Shown: positions 14,562-28,627 of the stretch, one piece after another
Numbering within the stretch: position 1 is the first letter of the stretch
How the letters are laid out: the number at the start of each line of letters is the position of its first letter
Assembly (NCBI GenBank): GCA_050613775.1
Contig: JBODTK010000137.1
Location: 186,001-250,000 of the forward strand
From: Neocallimastix sp. 'constans'
Lineage: Eukaryota
Direction: 5' to 3'
DNA length: 64,000 nucleotides
Position numbers and translations under genes: made by a program
Notes under the pieces: generated by a model
Databases searched by the model: none
What the model was told of the DNA's origin: nothing
The model's input: only the letters and a program-made list of their open reading frames with translations

Positions 14562-14597
<36 letters not shown>

Positions 14598-14979
14598 TTA
14601 TTATTATTATTTCATTATTATTTATTTATTTATTCATTTATTCATTTATTTATGTATTTTAATGAGTAAAAAAATTAACTATTATATTTTAATCTAATAT
14701 ATATTAAGGTAATATTTTAAAAATAAATAAAATTTTTATTATTAATATTTTAATAATGAATAACATAGGTTAGGGTTATTAAAAAATTTCTTCATATTTT
14801 TAAATAGATTTCAATTATTTATTTATAAATTATATAAAAATAATAAAAATAAAATGGTGGTTTACTTTGTAATATTTATTAATTTATACATTATATAAAT
14901 ATATTTAAAAATGAATAATTATATATATAAATAAATATTATTACTTGTTATTTAAACATTTCTTTTAAAGGAAAATAAA

Positions 14980-15222
14980 GGGAGAGTTGCATTTCCCCAA
15001 ATTGCATTTCGCCAGGTTGCATTTCGACAAGTGGTGTATTGATAAAAATAAATGATTAAATAAATAAATATTAATTCAAAATAATTTTTTTTAAAATTGT
15101 TTTTATTCGATATTAATAATATTTAATTTTATTTATTGATTTATTTATTTATTTATTTAATAATTTTCAATTTGGCAAAATGCAACTTGGCGAATTGCAA
15201 TTTGGCGAAATGCCCCACACCC
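14980..15222. mobile_element. 243-bp MITE, Mutator-like
   Basis: ~53-bp imperfect TIRs (GGGAGAGTTGCATTTC.../...GAAATGCCCCACACCC) built from 15-bp TTGCATTTCGCCAAR subrepeats. Flanking duplication GAAAATAAA/GAAAATAAC (8/9). Confidence 0.85.
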
Positions 15223-15748
15223 GAAAATAACGATAGAAATAAATATAAATAATTTATAAAAGTATAATTATTTTATAACTATTTAAATATATTATACATT
15301 TCTATAGTCATTTCTTTTAAGAAATACTTAGAAACTAACTTTTTTTTTAACAAATTATTATTTTTACAGTCATTTCTTTTTAAATAATACTTAAAATAAT
15401 ATCCTTTTTTAAACTACTAATAATAATTAATTTCATTGTAATAAAAAAAAAAAAAAAAGGAATATATAATATATAATTTAAATGTGAAAAGAATGTGTAT
15501 AATATAATAAATGAAGCCAATGAAAATTAATCTTTTAAAAAAATTTTTTTGTTATACGCTTCTTTTACACAATTTATTATTAAAGTATGAATTTAATATA
15601 ATGAAATATGTATGTTCCATTGAATGTAATTTTATGAATATAAAAATATTAAATCATGTATTATTTAAAAATAAGTCTTTTTTAAATAAATAAAAAAAAT
15701 CTTAATAAAAAGTCAAATATTTAAATTACAATTTTTTTTTTTTTGTCA

Positions 15749-17108
15749 GATTAAGAGTCTCAATGATTCTCTCTAGTATTTTTAGTTATATAACTCTAAG
15801 TTAAAATTATTTTTTTATTAAGTAATTTAGAAATTAGTTATAAATAATATTGTAGATTAATTAAATAATTAAACTAAATAAACAAATATATAAGCAAAAC
15901 TATATTTTTAGTATTTTAGTTATAAATAAAAGAATATCATTGATATTCTCTATTGATTCTGGAGCATCAGTGCATGCCACAAGTTCCATTAAATTCCTTT
16001 AAAAAACATAAGAGAAAATATAAAATAAATCTTATCCTTCCAAACAAAAAAAAAAAAAAAAAAAAAAAAAATTAGAATTACTAAAATGGGAATATATTGT
16101 CAGGATATGGATATATCAACAATAAACCTTTTGAAATAGAAGATGTCTCATATTCCAAAGAGTTTAACATGAATTTCATCTTATACATTATCTTAAGAAA
16201 AGCAGATTAACCCAGCTGATTATACTCTCTTAGGAGATGATATTTTCTTCAATCTCTTCCAACGGGGAATTAGAATTTATTATGTTCTTTTTTTTTTTTA
16301 CAAAAAGAAAATGATGTAAATATATACAATAACATACAAAAAAATATCTTGTGCATAATATTAAATAAAACAAAAAAAAAAAAAAAAAAAGATGAAAAAA
16401 AGAAAAATTAATTGTATTGAACTCTATATTTAAGTCCCTTTATATTATTATCAAGAAATAATTGTAAAAAAATTATGTAATTACTTTTCTTGATGATTTT
16501 TAGTAGGAAAAGCCGAATTTATTTGATGAATAAAAAAAAAAAAAAAAAAAGAAAAAAAAGGTTCTGAGGTACCTGCTTTTTTTTTTGGCTCATTTCTTTA
16601 AATGGTCTTCAACAAAAATAATTTTTAATCTCTGTTAATATTCAATTGATTCAAATAGACAACAGAGAAGGAATATGCCTTCCAAGGAATTTGTATCGTT
16701 TTTGCTCAGAAAATCGCATTCAGAAAAATATTTATTGTTCCATGAAACCCTTAAAGCAATGGTACAATGGTAGAGCTGAAAGACTCAAGCAGTACTTTAG
16801 AGAATGAAAGAATAGTAATGCTAATTCAAGCTCAAGACTATGTGCTATGTGAAAACTTCTGAAAAGATACTTTTACTACCAAAAACTGTTAATTATCTTT
16901 ATAATATTGCCCTCAGGAAGATCCATGAATAATTTCAAAAATACCTGATGAGTTTTATTATAAAAAAAAAAAAACTAAAAATATTGATAAATTATGAATT
17001 TTCTGGTTGTAAAGCTTACTACCACATAAATCCTTATTTGAAAAAAAAATAAAATAAAATAAAAAATAAAAAATAAAAAAATAATTAATAAAAAATAATA
17101 ATAAAAAA

Positions 17109-17139
<31 letters not shown>

Positions 17140-18360
17140 TAATAATTGATTTCAATCAAATTCAAAACCTACTATCTTTTATATAATACACCTTCAAAAC
17201 AAGATGAAGATAATAAAATATTGAATAAATAAATTTCTAAATTGATCCAGTTGATATTATTGAAATTAAAATCCAAAAATTTTAAAAATCAATCCTGTTG
17301 AAATAATTTCCTAGCTAATTGAAAATAATTAAAAAAAAAAAAAAAATCCAGATAAAAATCATGAAAATCATGAAAATAAAAAGTTCATAAAACAAATGGA
17401 AATCTCCAATATTATAAGCGATAATCCAAAGAATTATAACAAAACTATTACCTGCATAAAAGTGAAAAATGGATTTAAAACAATGACTGTCGAACTCCCT
17501 GAACCTAAAAGATAATAATAAAATGATGTTCATCTTCTCACTTCCAGAAGGAATTAAATCATTAAGTCCAAGATGGGTATTCATTAAAAAAAAATAAATA
17601 AAAAAATAAATAAATGATGATAATAATAATCTGGAAAAGTGTAAAGCAAGACTAGTCGTAAAAAAAAAAGGATATAATCAAATAGATGGTGTAGAATATT
17701 ATTTAACTTTTTCTCTAAGCACTACAAATAAAGTTTTAAGAATGACCATAACTATTGATTCCTTATTCAACTGGAGTATCCAATATTTAGATGTAAAAGA
17801 TGCATACCTCAATGCTAAATTGCACAGTAATATTTATATAAATTTATCTGAAGACTATAAAGATTATAGCAAAGGTTTCTGTAAATTAAATAAAGCATTA
17901 TACAGGTTCTGATTTTGCTTGAGATTTGTATTAGATGGGTCAATTGCTTGAATGCTAAGACAACAACAATCAGTAACAAGATATACAGCAGAAGCAGAAT
18001 ACATTGTTTTTTTTTTTTTTTTTTTTTTTTTTGATAAAGTTATAACAAAGTGGGTTATGGATAAAAAAATATACTTAATGAAATATTCAAAAAGAAATTT
18101 GTAATAAACTTAAAGGGGAAACAGCAGAGCAACTTTATTTGTCGCTGAATATTATGTCATTAAACTTAGACATGTGAGTGTAAACTATCAATTACTTCAA
18201 GGAAAATGTTAAAAGAAAAGAAGTAATTTTTACATTATATTATAAATTCTGAAGAAAATTTATCAGATATTTTAACAAAAAAAAAAAAAAAAGTTAATAG
18301 AAATTAAATAAATAATTTTGCAAACAAAAGTCTTTAATAAATACATTGTTTAGTGAGGGA
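15749..18360 (+). mobile_element. Degenerate Ty1/Copia LTR retrotransposon internal region
   Basis: Frameshifted motifs occur in Copia order: protease IDSGASVH (15952), integrase YVITFLDDF and RAERL, RT RWVF / KARLVV.KGYNQ / LDVKDAYLNA / KLNKALY, RNase H TAEAEYI and NLSDILTK. Purine tract AGTGAGGGA near 18352. Confidence 0.92.
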
Positions 18361-19327
18361 ATATTCGAAAATTGGTATTTTTACTTTAAAATTTTAATTA
18401 ACATTTAATCAATACTTTTCGTTTTTATTATAATTTTAAATATTAAAAAGGTATTAAAAAATAAAATAGGATATATATTAAAAATATAATAATATAAAGT
18501 TTAGATAGTTTATGATAATAAATAATATAGTTTAAAAATTCTTAATTTGCCTCTTTTATATAATTATTATTAAATCATTTAATTAATATAACAAAATATG
18601 GATGGTCTATTGAATACAATTTCATGGAATAAAAATATTAAATTATGTATTATTAGGAAATAAATATTTTGAAATAAATAAAAAAAATCTTACTAAAATG
18701 TTAAGTATTTATATTAAAATTTATTTTCAAGAATTAAGAATATAAGAATATTATTTAAATTAATTTTTATTATAATTTTTTATGTGAAATTACAATAGGT
18801 TAGGTTTAATATAAATAAAAAAATAATTTAATAAGAATTTTTGATAAAATTTTTGATTTTTTTTTTTTTTTTTTATTTTTTATTTTTTGTGTTAATAATT
18901 ATTACTAACATATTAATATTAATATTATTAATTTTAACTAGTTTAATAGATAGTTTCCAATCATTCGAGGAAATTTAATGTAGCTTTATTAATTACTACA
19001 AAATAAAAAAAGTAGTGAAAAAAAAAATATATATATATATATAATTTAATTTTATTTATAAGAAATTATAAAATTATTCATATTTTGTTTACTAATAAAT
19101 GTGAAAAATCTAATAGATTTATTATTTTAAAATTGGAAGTATAACGATATAAAAAAATAATTAGTAATTGAATTAATTCAAATTATTTTTAATTTTAATT
19201 TTAATTTATTTTCATTTTTTTTTTCTATCATAAATAAAATTAATAAAAAAAAAAAAAAATAAAAACAAAGATAGAAAAAAAAATATGATAGGTATTATTT
19301 TGATTTTTAAACAAAACATAAAACCTT

Positions 19328-19369
<42 letters not shown>

Positions 19370-20005
19370 TTTTAGGAAATTTGATTAATAATTAAATTTT
19401 AAAAATGTTTGAAATTTATATATAATCATAAATCTTATAATTATTTTAATATATAAAATTTTTTATTTTTTTATTTTTTATTTTTTATTTTTCTAATATT
19501 CTTTAATAAAAAAAAAATAATATATATAGAAAATGATTTATCACAACCAATAAGATGGGATTAAAGATATTAATGAAATGAAATATTTAAACTAAAAAAA
19601 TAATAAAAATTATTTAATGGCAATTTAAAAATTTATAATAATGAAAATATATATAATTAAATATATTAAATCTAATTATTAGTATATATTATTATAAATC
19701 TTTTTATTTTTATATTATTTTTATATATAAATTTTTTTTGTGAATTCATAATTATAAAAAAACATCCACTTTTAAATTAATATTAATAATATATAAAATA
19801 ATGTATTTAATTTTAAAAATGTATTTATTTATTTAATTTATTTATTGTTTATTTATTTTATTTTATTTTTATTTTATTTTATTTTATTTATAATAGTATA
19901 AAAAAAAAAAAATAAATAATTAAAAGAAATTTCAATTGTAAATCTTTTTTTTTTTTTTGAAAGATTTATTTAAAATTTATAATTTTTTTTTTTATTATAA
20001 AAATA

Positions 20006-20998
20006 ATGGAAGCCACAAGAAAACTTAGAGATATAGAAGTTTCAACCATTGGTTTTGGTTGTATGGGATTTTCATGTATGTATGGTGAAAAAACTCCTGA
20101 TGAAGAAGCTGTTAAAACTATTAGAGAAGCTTATAATATTGGTTATACTTTTTTTGATACTGCTGAAGTTTATGGTAAGGGTCAAAATGAAATTTTAGTT
20201 GGTAAAGCTTTAAAAGATGTTAGAGATAAGGTTCAAATTGCTACTAAATTTACTATTTATAGTAATGATAATATCGAAGGTCAAATGAGAACTAGAATAA
20301 AAAATGCTTTAGAAAGATTACAAACTACCTATGTTGATATATTATATCTTCATCGCACTGTCGATAATATTAATTTAGAAGAAATTGCTAGAGTGATGGG
20401 TTTATTTATTAAAGAAGGTATTATTAAGGGTTGGGGTTTAAGTCAAGTGGATGCAGCCACGATAAAAAGGGCTCATGCCATTACTCCTTTAACCGCTATT
20501 CAAAGTGAATTTTCTATTGTTGAAAGAGGAAATGAGAATGAAGTTATTCCTCTCTGTAAAGAATTAAATATTGGTTTTGTTCCATTTTCACCATTAGCTA
20601 GTGGATATTTAAGTGGTAAAGTTAAAAAGGAGGATACTTATGAAAAAACAGATGTTCGTAGTATTCTTGTTCGCTTTGAAAAGGAAAATATTGAAAAAAA
20701 TCAACCATTTATTGATTTATTAAATAAATTTGCTAAAGAAAAGAATGCTACACCAGCTCAAATTGCTTTAGCTTGGATGATTAAAAAGCATAATAATGTT
20801 GTTCCAATCCCTGCTAGTCGTAAAATTGAAAGAATTATTGAGAATTTCAATGCTTTAAAGGTTCAACTAACTGATAGCGATGTAAATCGTATTGAAGATG
20901 AACTTAAAAATATGACTTTTTATGGGGATAGATCTTCAGAATCTGATAAGATTAAAATGTTAATTATTGGTAAAAATATTAAGGGTACTAGAGCTTAA
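20006..20998 (+). CDS. Aldo/keto reductase (AKR13-like), intronless
   Basis: GFGCMG, catalytic DTAEVY, ATK and LYLH, plus QSEFS, PFSPL, TPAQIALAW and PIP motifs. Confidence 0.95.
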   Translation: MEATRKLRDIEVSTIGFGCMGFSCMYGEKTPDEEAVKTIREAYNIGYTFFDTAEVYGKGQNEILVGKALKDVRDKVQIATKFTIYSNDNIEGQMRTRIKNALERLQTTYVDILYLHRTVDNINLEEIARVMGLFIKEGIIKGWGLSQVDAATIKRAHAITPLTAIQSEFSIVERGNENEVIPLCKELNIGFVPFSPLASGYLSGKVKKEDTYEKTDVRSILVRFEKENIEKNQPFIDLLNKFAKEKNATPAQIALAWMIKKHNNVVPIPASRKIERIIENFNALKVQLTDSDVNRIEDELKNMTFYGDRSSESDKIKMLIIGKNIKGTRA

Positions 20999-21401
20999 GT
21001 TAATTTAGAAAAAATAAAAAATATAATAATAATAATAATAATAATATCATTTTTAATTAAAATAAATAATTAATAATTATATCTATATATTTTATAAATT
21101 TAAATAATAATAATGATATCATCTTTTTTTTTTTTTTTCTAAAAAAATATAATAATAAATAAGTAAATAAATAAATAAATAATACTATCGTATTTCACTA
21201 ATATATATATATATATATATATATAAATAATAAAAAGAAAAATGATATGATAATCATAAAAAAAAAAAAAAAAAAAAAATTAGAATTAAAATAACTATTT
21301 TAAAAATAGAAAAAATTAACCTTTAAAATATTTAATTCTAAAAGTTTTAATAATTTAATAATTTTTTTTTTAAATTTATAAAAGAAAATAAACAAAAATC
21401 A

Positions 21402-21457
<56 letters not shown>

Positions 21458-21652
21458 TATATATATATTTATGGATTATATTTTATTAAATGTATATTAT
21501 TTATATCATAATATATATATATATATTTATGTTAATAAAAAAGTGTTCGATTAAAATTATAAATGAAAAACTATCAATTAGCTATTTATTTTGTCATATT
21601 AAAATGTATAAATATAAGAAAGGATAAAAATAAATAATTATATGAAAATTTA

Positions 21653-21689
<37 letters not shown>

Positions 21690-21934
21690 GAAAAATTTTT
21701 ATGAATATAGAATAAAATCATTTAGTGGAAATAACTATTAATAAAAGATTTCATTGTCTATAACAAATATTATTTATTTTAATATTAATAACTAAAGAAT
21801 TTATTTCTTATATATTTTTTTTCAAATATCTTTTTTATAAATAGTTTAATATCTTTAACCTATGTAACTTATGTAATTCAATTGTTATAATAATAATGAT
21901 CAATACTTAAAAGAAAATGAATTTTTTATTATTA

Positions 21935-22125
21935 TTTTATTTTATTTTTTATTTTATTCAATCTGTACTTTACATTTATATTTCAACTATTTATTTTATT
22001 TTTTATTTTATTCAATCTGTACTTTACATTTATATTTCAACTATTTATTTTATTTTTTATTTTATTCAATCTGTACTTTACATTTATATTTCAACTATTT
22101 ATTTTATTTTATTTTATTTATTTTT
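21935..22125. repeat. 54-bp minisatellite x3, with a related unit at ~46035-46085
   Basis: Unit TTTTATTCAATCTGTACTTTACATTTATATTTCAACTATTTATT... is repeated; a near-identical copy lies at 46.0 kb. Confidence 0.85.
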
Positions 22126-22584
22126 TTAAAAGATATAAAATAAAATCATTTGGTGGAATGAATTATTAATAAATAATATTTTTGCCCATAAATATTATTT
22201 TAGAAATAATTCAATATTTAAAATATTAGAATATTTATACAATATTATATTGTAATTTATATATACAAATACAAAAGCATCTTCATTGTAATTAATGAAT
22301 AATGTCGCAGGTTGTATTTATAAACTGTAATTATATATATATATATAAATACTAATATTGCTTTTAATCTATTTAATAACATAAATCAGTATTTTTTTTT
22401 TTTTTTTTGTGTGTGTGTGTGTGTGTGTGTATTATGAAATTAATAAAATAAATTTAAGATATTATTACAATTATCAATATAAGGAATTTATTATTAATAA
22501 TCTTTACCAAAAATAGTTTAAATTTTTATTGTAACAAAATGTAAGTAAAAATTAATACCTAATTAAATATTAAATATTAATAAT

Positions 22585-22596
22585 AATTAAAGACAG

Positions 22597-22634
<38 letters not shown>

Positions 22635-23439
22635 TAAAGACAGTATATAATAATAATAATAATAATAATAATTAAGGACAATATATATAATAATAATAAT
22701 TAAGGACAATATATATAATAATAATAATTAAGGACAATATATAATAATACAATAATAATTAAAGACAGTATATATGATAATTAAAATAATATTTACTTTA
22801 ATAATTATCATAAAAAAGTATTTATATAATAATATTTATAATAGAAAAACAACATTTATATTAATAAAATAAATATTTATAATAATAAAAGCAATTTTTA
22901 TAATCGATAATATCTCCTAGAATGTTCAAATTCTTTCGAAGAAAAAATTATATTTAGAATGTTCTTTTTATTTTTTTTTTTATTATTTTTTTCTTTTGTG
23001 TGTGTATTTAATAATAATATGTGTAATTTTTTTTGTGTATCTAATAATATATATATATTTTTTTTTGTATATTTAATAATAATATAAATATTTTTTTTTG
23101 TGTATTTAATAATTATATATATATAGATATATTTAATAATTAAGTCATTTGAACAATAAAATTAACAAAAACTAAAGTATATAAATTATCCTGACTAGGA
23201 AAGATACTTTTAATAATATAAATTTTAACATATATTCAAAATATTTAATACTTATAACTGATATAAGTAATTCTATAATATTTTAATTATATATCTTCAA
23301 ACGTCTTTTTTGTATTTGTAAATTAATATCAATATAATTAATATTGATAATAATTCAATAACCATTTATATAAATAAATATATTTGTTAAATTTCAAAAT
23401 TTATAAGTTTTTTTTTTTTTTTTTTTAATATTAAATGAT

Positions 23440-23470
<31 letters not shown>

Positions 23471-23584
23471 TAGGAGAAAATATTAATAAATAAAGTTTAA
23501 GATTTTTTATATTTGTTACAAAAAAAAAAAAAAACTATGAACATTCTAAACTCAATTATAAATAAATTATATACTGTCTTTAAT
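22585..23584. mobile_element. Possible foldback/MITE remnant
   Basis: ATTAAAGACAGTATATAAT (tandemly amplified at 22585-22780) is inverted at ~23566-23584. AGAATGTTC (22919, 22956) is inverted at ~23539. Confidence 0.4.
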
Positions 23585-25569
23585 ATATACATAGTATAGT
23601 TATATGGATTTTATTTTATTTTATTTTATTTTATTTATAACTATGTAATGAAATGAATGAATGAATAATGAATAAATACCAAATTTATTCAATAATTACC
23701 GTTATTTGTTTTTATATAAAATTTTTTTTTCTATTTATATTTAAATAAAAATCGAAATGATTAAGATAAAAAACAATTATGTAAAATGGAAAATATAAAA
23801 TGAAAATCTCATATGGGGATTTTCAGATATTAAGATTAATAGAATAAAAGAAAAATAAAGCTGTATTAATATTTATGGCAATGAAAATTTAAAGTTTATT
23901 ATTTATTTTTATTTATTTTTTTTTTAATAAAACTAAAACAAATAACGTGAGTAACGATGATAAAATAGCTGAAACAAAGGACGGTACACACCGGAAATAA
24001 ATAAATAAATAAATAATAAATAATTAAATGAGTACATACATAATATATGTAAAAGGTATAACAATATATTAATAATAAATGAATAATATATTATAAAAAT
24101 TAAATAATAGAAAAAAAAAAGAATATTATGATAGAAATTATAATAATTATAGTTTTAAATAAGCATTAGAGAATTGATTAGTTATGAATATATTTATAAT
24201 AAATTTTTTTTATTCATCTAAAATAATCAAAAATGATTGATTCTTTTTTAATACAGTTTCTATAATTTAGATTATTATTTTAAAACAAAAAAAAAAATTT
24301 ACATATACATATATTAGTGTACATTAAAATTTTTGATAAATAAATTTGTTTATTAATTTTTATTATATTAAAAATGTGGTTATCCTTTTAATATATAATG
24401 TGATATTTAAGTTGAATTTATTAAATTAATAATGAATGAATATATAGAATTAAATTAATAATAAATTATAAATAAATTCTTTTTAATTATTTTTTATTAT
24501 GAAAATAAATTTGTTGATAGAAAAGTATAATTATTATTTTTATTTTTATTAGTTTTCATAATCCATAATCCGTAATCCATAGAAATTGAAACTTTTTAGA
24601 ATTTTGTCTTTTTTTTATTAATAATTTATAGTATTATAAACATTTAAATAATTTTTTTTTTTTTTTGGAATATATATATATATTAGTTGCAATTAAAGTT
24701 ATGTATATTTACTTTTTTAAATTTTTATTCATTTTCATATATTCATTTTTTATTTACTTTTTTTTTTATATATACTAAATTTTTTTATTTATTTTTATTT
24801 TTTTTTTCATATAGATAATACATATAATAAGTATAATTAAGTATATTGGCTAGCATATTGTAATGTATACATAGGTATCAGCTTTATATTTTAATATAAA
24901 CATGTATGGTATTATTTTTCTTATATTAAATATCCTTTATTTATTAACTAATATATTAAAATAGGGTTTCGATTCATATATTTAAATGACACAAAATATG
25001 ATTATTAAAAAAAAAAAAATTCCAATATATATATATATATAAAAAAGAATATAAAAAAAAAATAGATTAAACTTTATATATATTTGTATAATTTATAATT
25101 ATTCCATATATTTGTGTTTATGTTTGATTTCCTCGTAATATATATAAATTTTTTATTCATAATTAGAAAAGATGTATCATATTAGGGAAGATTTATTTTT
25201 TTTTCTTTTTTCTTACATATATAATAGAATTTATTTATAAACTTATTATAATATTAAAAAAGAATATTTTATAATTTTTAGAAATTTTTAGTAATTTTTT
25301 GTAAAAGTTTAAATAAATAATTGAATAAATAATAAATAAAAAATAAATAAATAAATAATAAATAATAAATAATAAATAATATAAGAATATTTATTAATAA
25401 ATAAATAATAAATAATAAATAATAAATAATAAATAATAAATAATAAATGTTAAATAATAAAATATAAATATATAAATAATAAATGATAAATAATAAAATA
25501 TAAATATATAAATAATAAATGATAAATAATAAAGTATAAATCTAAATATATATCTATATATATATGTAT

Positions 25570-25954
25570 TTTAGATTAATGGGAAGGGAGGACAGTAAGG
25601 CCTCCAGTCTCTCCCTTAAACGTATTAGATTCTCAATAGATTTTCTGCTATACCGTTTCGGCGTCGATGAGGATCTCTCTCTTAGTAATATTAAATATAA
25701 AAAGACATCCCCTATACGCCGTTTATACGTCGGGCTTATCAGTGAGCTCTTTAACCATCATCGAGGGAAGAACAACAACACTAATTCTCTCACAGATCAA
25801 GTGCTCTCTGTACTAGCAACTATATAGTCTAGCAACAGGAATACTTAACCGTGATGAGCGAACAACCAACTTCATTTATAAGGAAAAAAACACCTTGAGA
25901 GGATGAATATTTGAAAATTGCCTCATATAAATTCAGGAGGAAGTCATAGGGATA
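25570..25954 (-). mobile_element. Structured SINE-like retroposon, copy B
   Basis: Reverse complement aligns with copy A over ~225 nt and extends 5' to a TATCCC start shared with copy C. Confidence 0.75.
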
Positions 25955-25970
25955 TAACAATAATAATGAA

Positions 25971-26005
<35 letters not shown>

Positions 26006-26884
26006 TCTTATTATTTATTATTTATTTATTTATTATTTATTAATTATTTTTATTAATTATTTATTATTATTATTATTATTTATTTGTAATAATAATATTA
26101 ATTATTATAAAATATTCCTTTAATTATTATAAAATATTCCTTTAATTTAAAGGCAAATAATCTAAAAAATTTATAGTTATCTCAAAAAAAAATTTTTTTA
26201 GTTTTACAGTTTTAGGTTTAATTTAAGGAAAAGTTATCATCATCATTATTTTTTAAAGTTACTATAAAAATAAATGAATAAATAAATAAAAAAGTATTCC
26301 ATAAAATATATTATATATGATATATGATTTTTTTTTTATAATAGTTTATTAGAATATTAGAATGTGATAGAAATTATATATATGTAGAAATTTATTATAT
26401 ATATATTTTGTAAGTGGAAATTAATTATATAAATTGAATTGTATTATATTATAAATAATTTTATTTAAGAGAATTTATAATTACAAATTAATATCAATTT
26501 ATTTTCATAAAATTTAATATAAAATAAACATAAAATTAAATAATAATATTAAAATATTTATTTTTATCTATTAACTTTGCAATATTGCCTTTTGTTATAT
26601 CTTCCTTGTTTTATTTATTTTATTTTATTGTTAAACTCTTTTATATTTTAATTTATTTTATACTTTTTTATTTATTTTTTTTTAAAATTACTATATTTAG
26701 CTATTTTTATTAAAACCAATTTTGATAGAATTAACTTATTTGGAAATAATTATTTTTTAAAAAATTAAAATTATTAATGTAACTTTGGAAAAAAAAAACA
26801 ACTAATAAGCTAATTCATTAAATAACTAAATAACTAACTAACTAACTAAATCAATAAATAATCAATCAATCAATCAATCAATAA

Positions 26885-26932
<48 letters not shown>

Positions 26933-28389
26933 AAATGATTGAATAGATCAATAAATCAATATTATAATATCAATAATATATATATATAAATATTTTATTA
27001 TATTATTTTGATAAATAAATGAAATATAAGTTTCTTTGTTAATTTATTATTTTTTTTATATATAATAATAAAATTTATAAATATAGTTTAATAAATATAT
27101 TACGTAATACATCATTATACCCAAAATGATTTCAATATAAAAAATTTGTTAACAATAATTTATGTTCAACGAAAAATAAAATAAAAAGTACTGATTTGTG
27201 CTTCATTGAAATATAATAAAAACGAAAAATATATGATTCAAATATATATATATTAAAAGAAAATTTTATTGAGTTTGATAAACGATAGACATAATAGAAC
27301 TTTTGTTTTTAAACTTGTGTTCAATAATTTTAAATCAATATAATATATATTCATTTATATAAGGAAAAAACTAATTTAGAAAATTCTACTCTAAGATACA
27401 ATTTAAACTTCTATAATTGTACTAATATAAATTATACATTTAAATGAAAGAATTATAAATATTTTTTTATTCGTTAATATTATAATAAAAAGTATTTAAT
27501 AACCTTATAATATTATATTATTAAATTAATTGTATTATTTAATTAATTTAATTAAAGTATTATTCATGGAAGATTATTTATATAATATTATTTAATATAT
27601 ACAGCCAATGATTTTTTATATATTTCGATACATTATTATTTTAATAAATATAAAAATTAAATATTTTATCTAAGAATAATATTATTCACTTCTATATAAT
27701 GAGATTTCCATTTATTATGTGAAAATTTAATACTAAGGATTAATATAATTCTAATATATATTAATAAACCTTATTTATATTAAATAGTTTTTATTATCTA
27801 TTTTAATATTTAAAAGATGAAAAAAATTTTTTTGTGTAATATTTACAATAAATTGAAAAAAAAAATAAACTAAAAATGAAATTTATCTATTTGATAATAG
27901 GATAATACATAATACATAACTATTATTAATATAAATTTTAATTAATTTAACTATAATTAATAAAAAATTTTATTTAATATAATTTTTTTTATAATACTAT
28001 TTTTACTATTTTATTTGAATTTATTATTTTTTATTATTCTTAAATTCTCTACCTCCTATTAAATAAAAATCACAATTAAAAAGAAAGACGATTAATAATA
28101 TTAAGTTTTTTTTTTTTTTTTTTTTTTTTTTAGGATTTGAAAAAATTGAAAAAAAGGTTAAAAAATGCAACATTACATCATATTTTGGTAACAATTTTTT
28201 TCCTAAAATAATAACTTAACTAAGAAAAAATGAATAAAATATTTTAAGAAATGCAGAAAAAAAAAGTGCTAAAGAATTCAAAAATAAATTATACTTTATA
28301 AGGAAGTATATATAAAATACAATGTGTTTAAACAAAATAATGAATAAATAAAATATAAATTTTTTTATTATTTTAGTTAATATTGATAT

Positions 28390-28627
28390 TTTTTTTTTTA
28401 TAGACTGAAGACTTTGGTCTTCCCCATATAGTAATATGGGTGTATGATTAACTGCCATACCGGTACGGCGTCGACGCTCTCAACTCCCCATAAGCAAAGA
28501 AACTCCATATAGAAGCACCCTACGCGATCCTCGAGGGAAAGCAGAGCCAACTATAGGTGGCGTCCTTGCCATCCCAGAGGAGCTGGACACTGTAAATCCT
28601 CTCAGACAAGGCTTACGCAATGGGATA
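28390..28627 (-). mobile_element. Structured SINE-like retroposon, copy C (intact insertion)
   Basis: 16-bp TSD TAGTTAATATTGATAT (28374-28389 / 28628-28643), poly(A) tail, core motif, several perfect hairpins. Confidence 0.9.

Noticed and set aside
25715..25745. Hammerhead-like CTGATAAGCC...GGCGTAT in copy B (minus strand)
   Set aside because: The core deviates (GTAT instead of GAAA) and is not conserved in copies A or C.
25564..25827. 87-aa ORF, and similar small ORFs at 7816-8142 and 28216-28458
   Set aside because: They overlap retroposon copies; frames and peptides are not conserved between copies.
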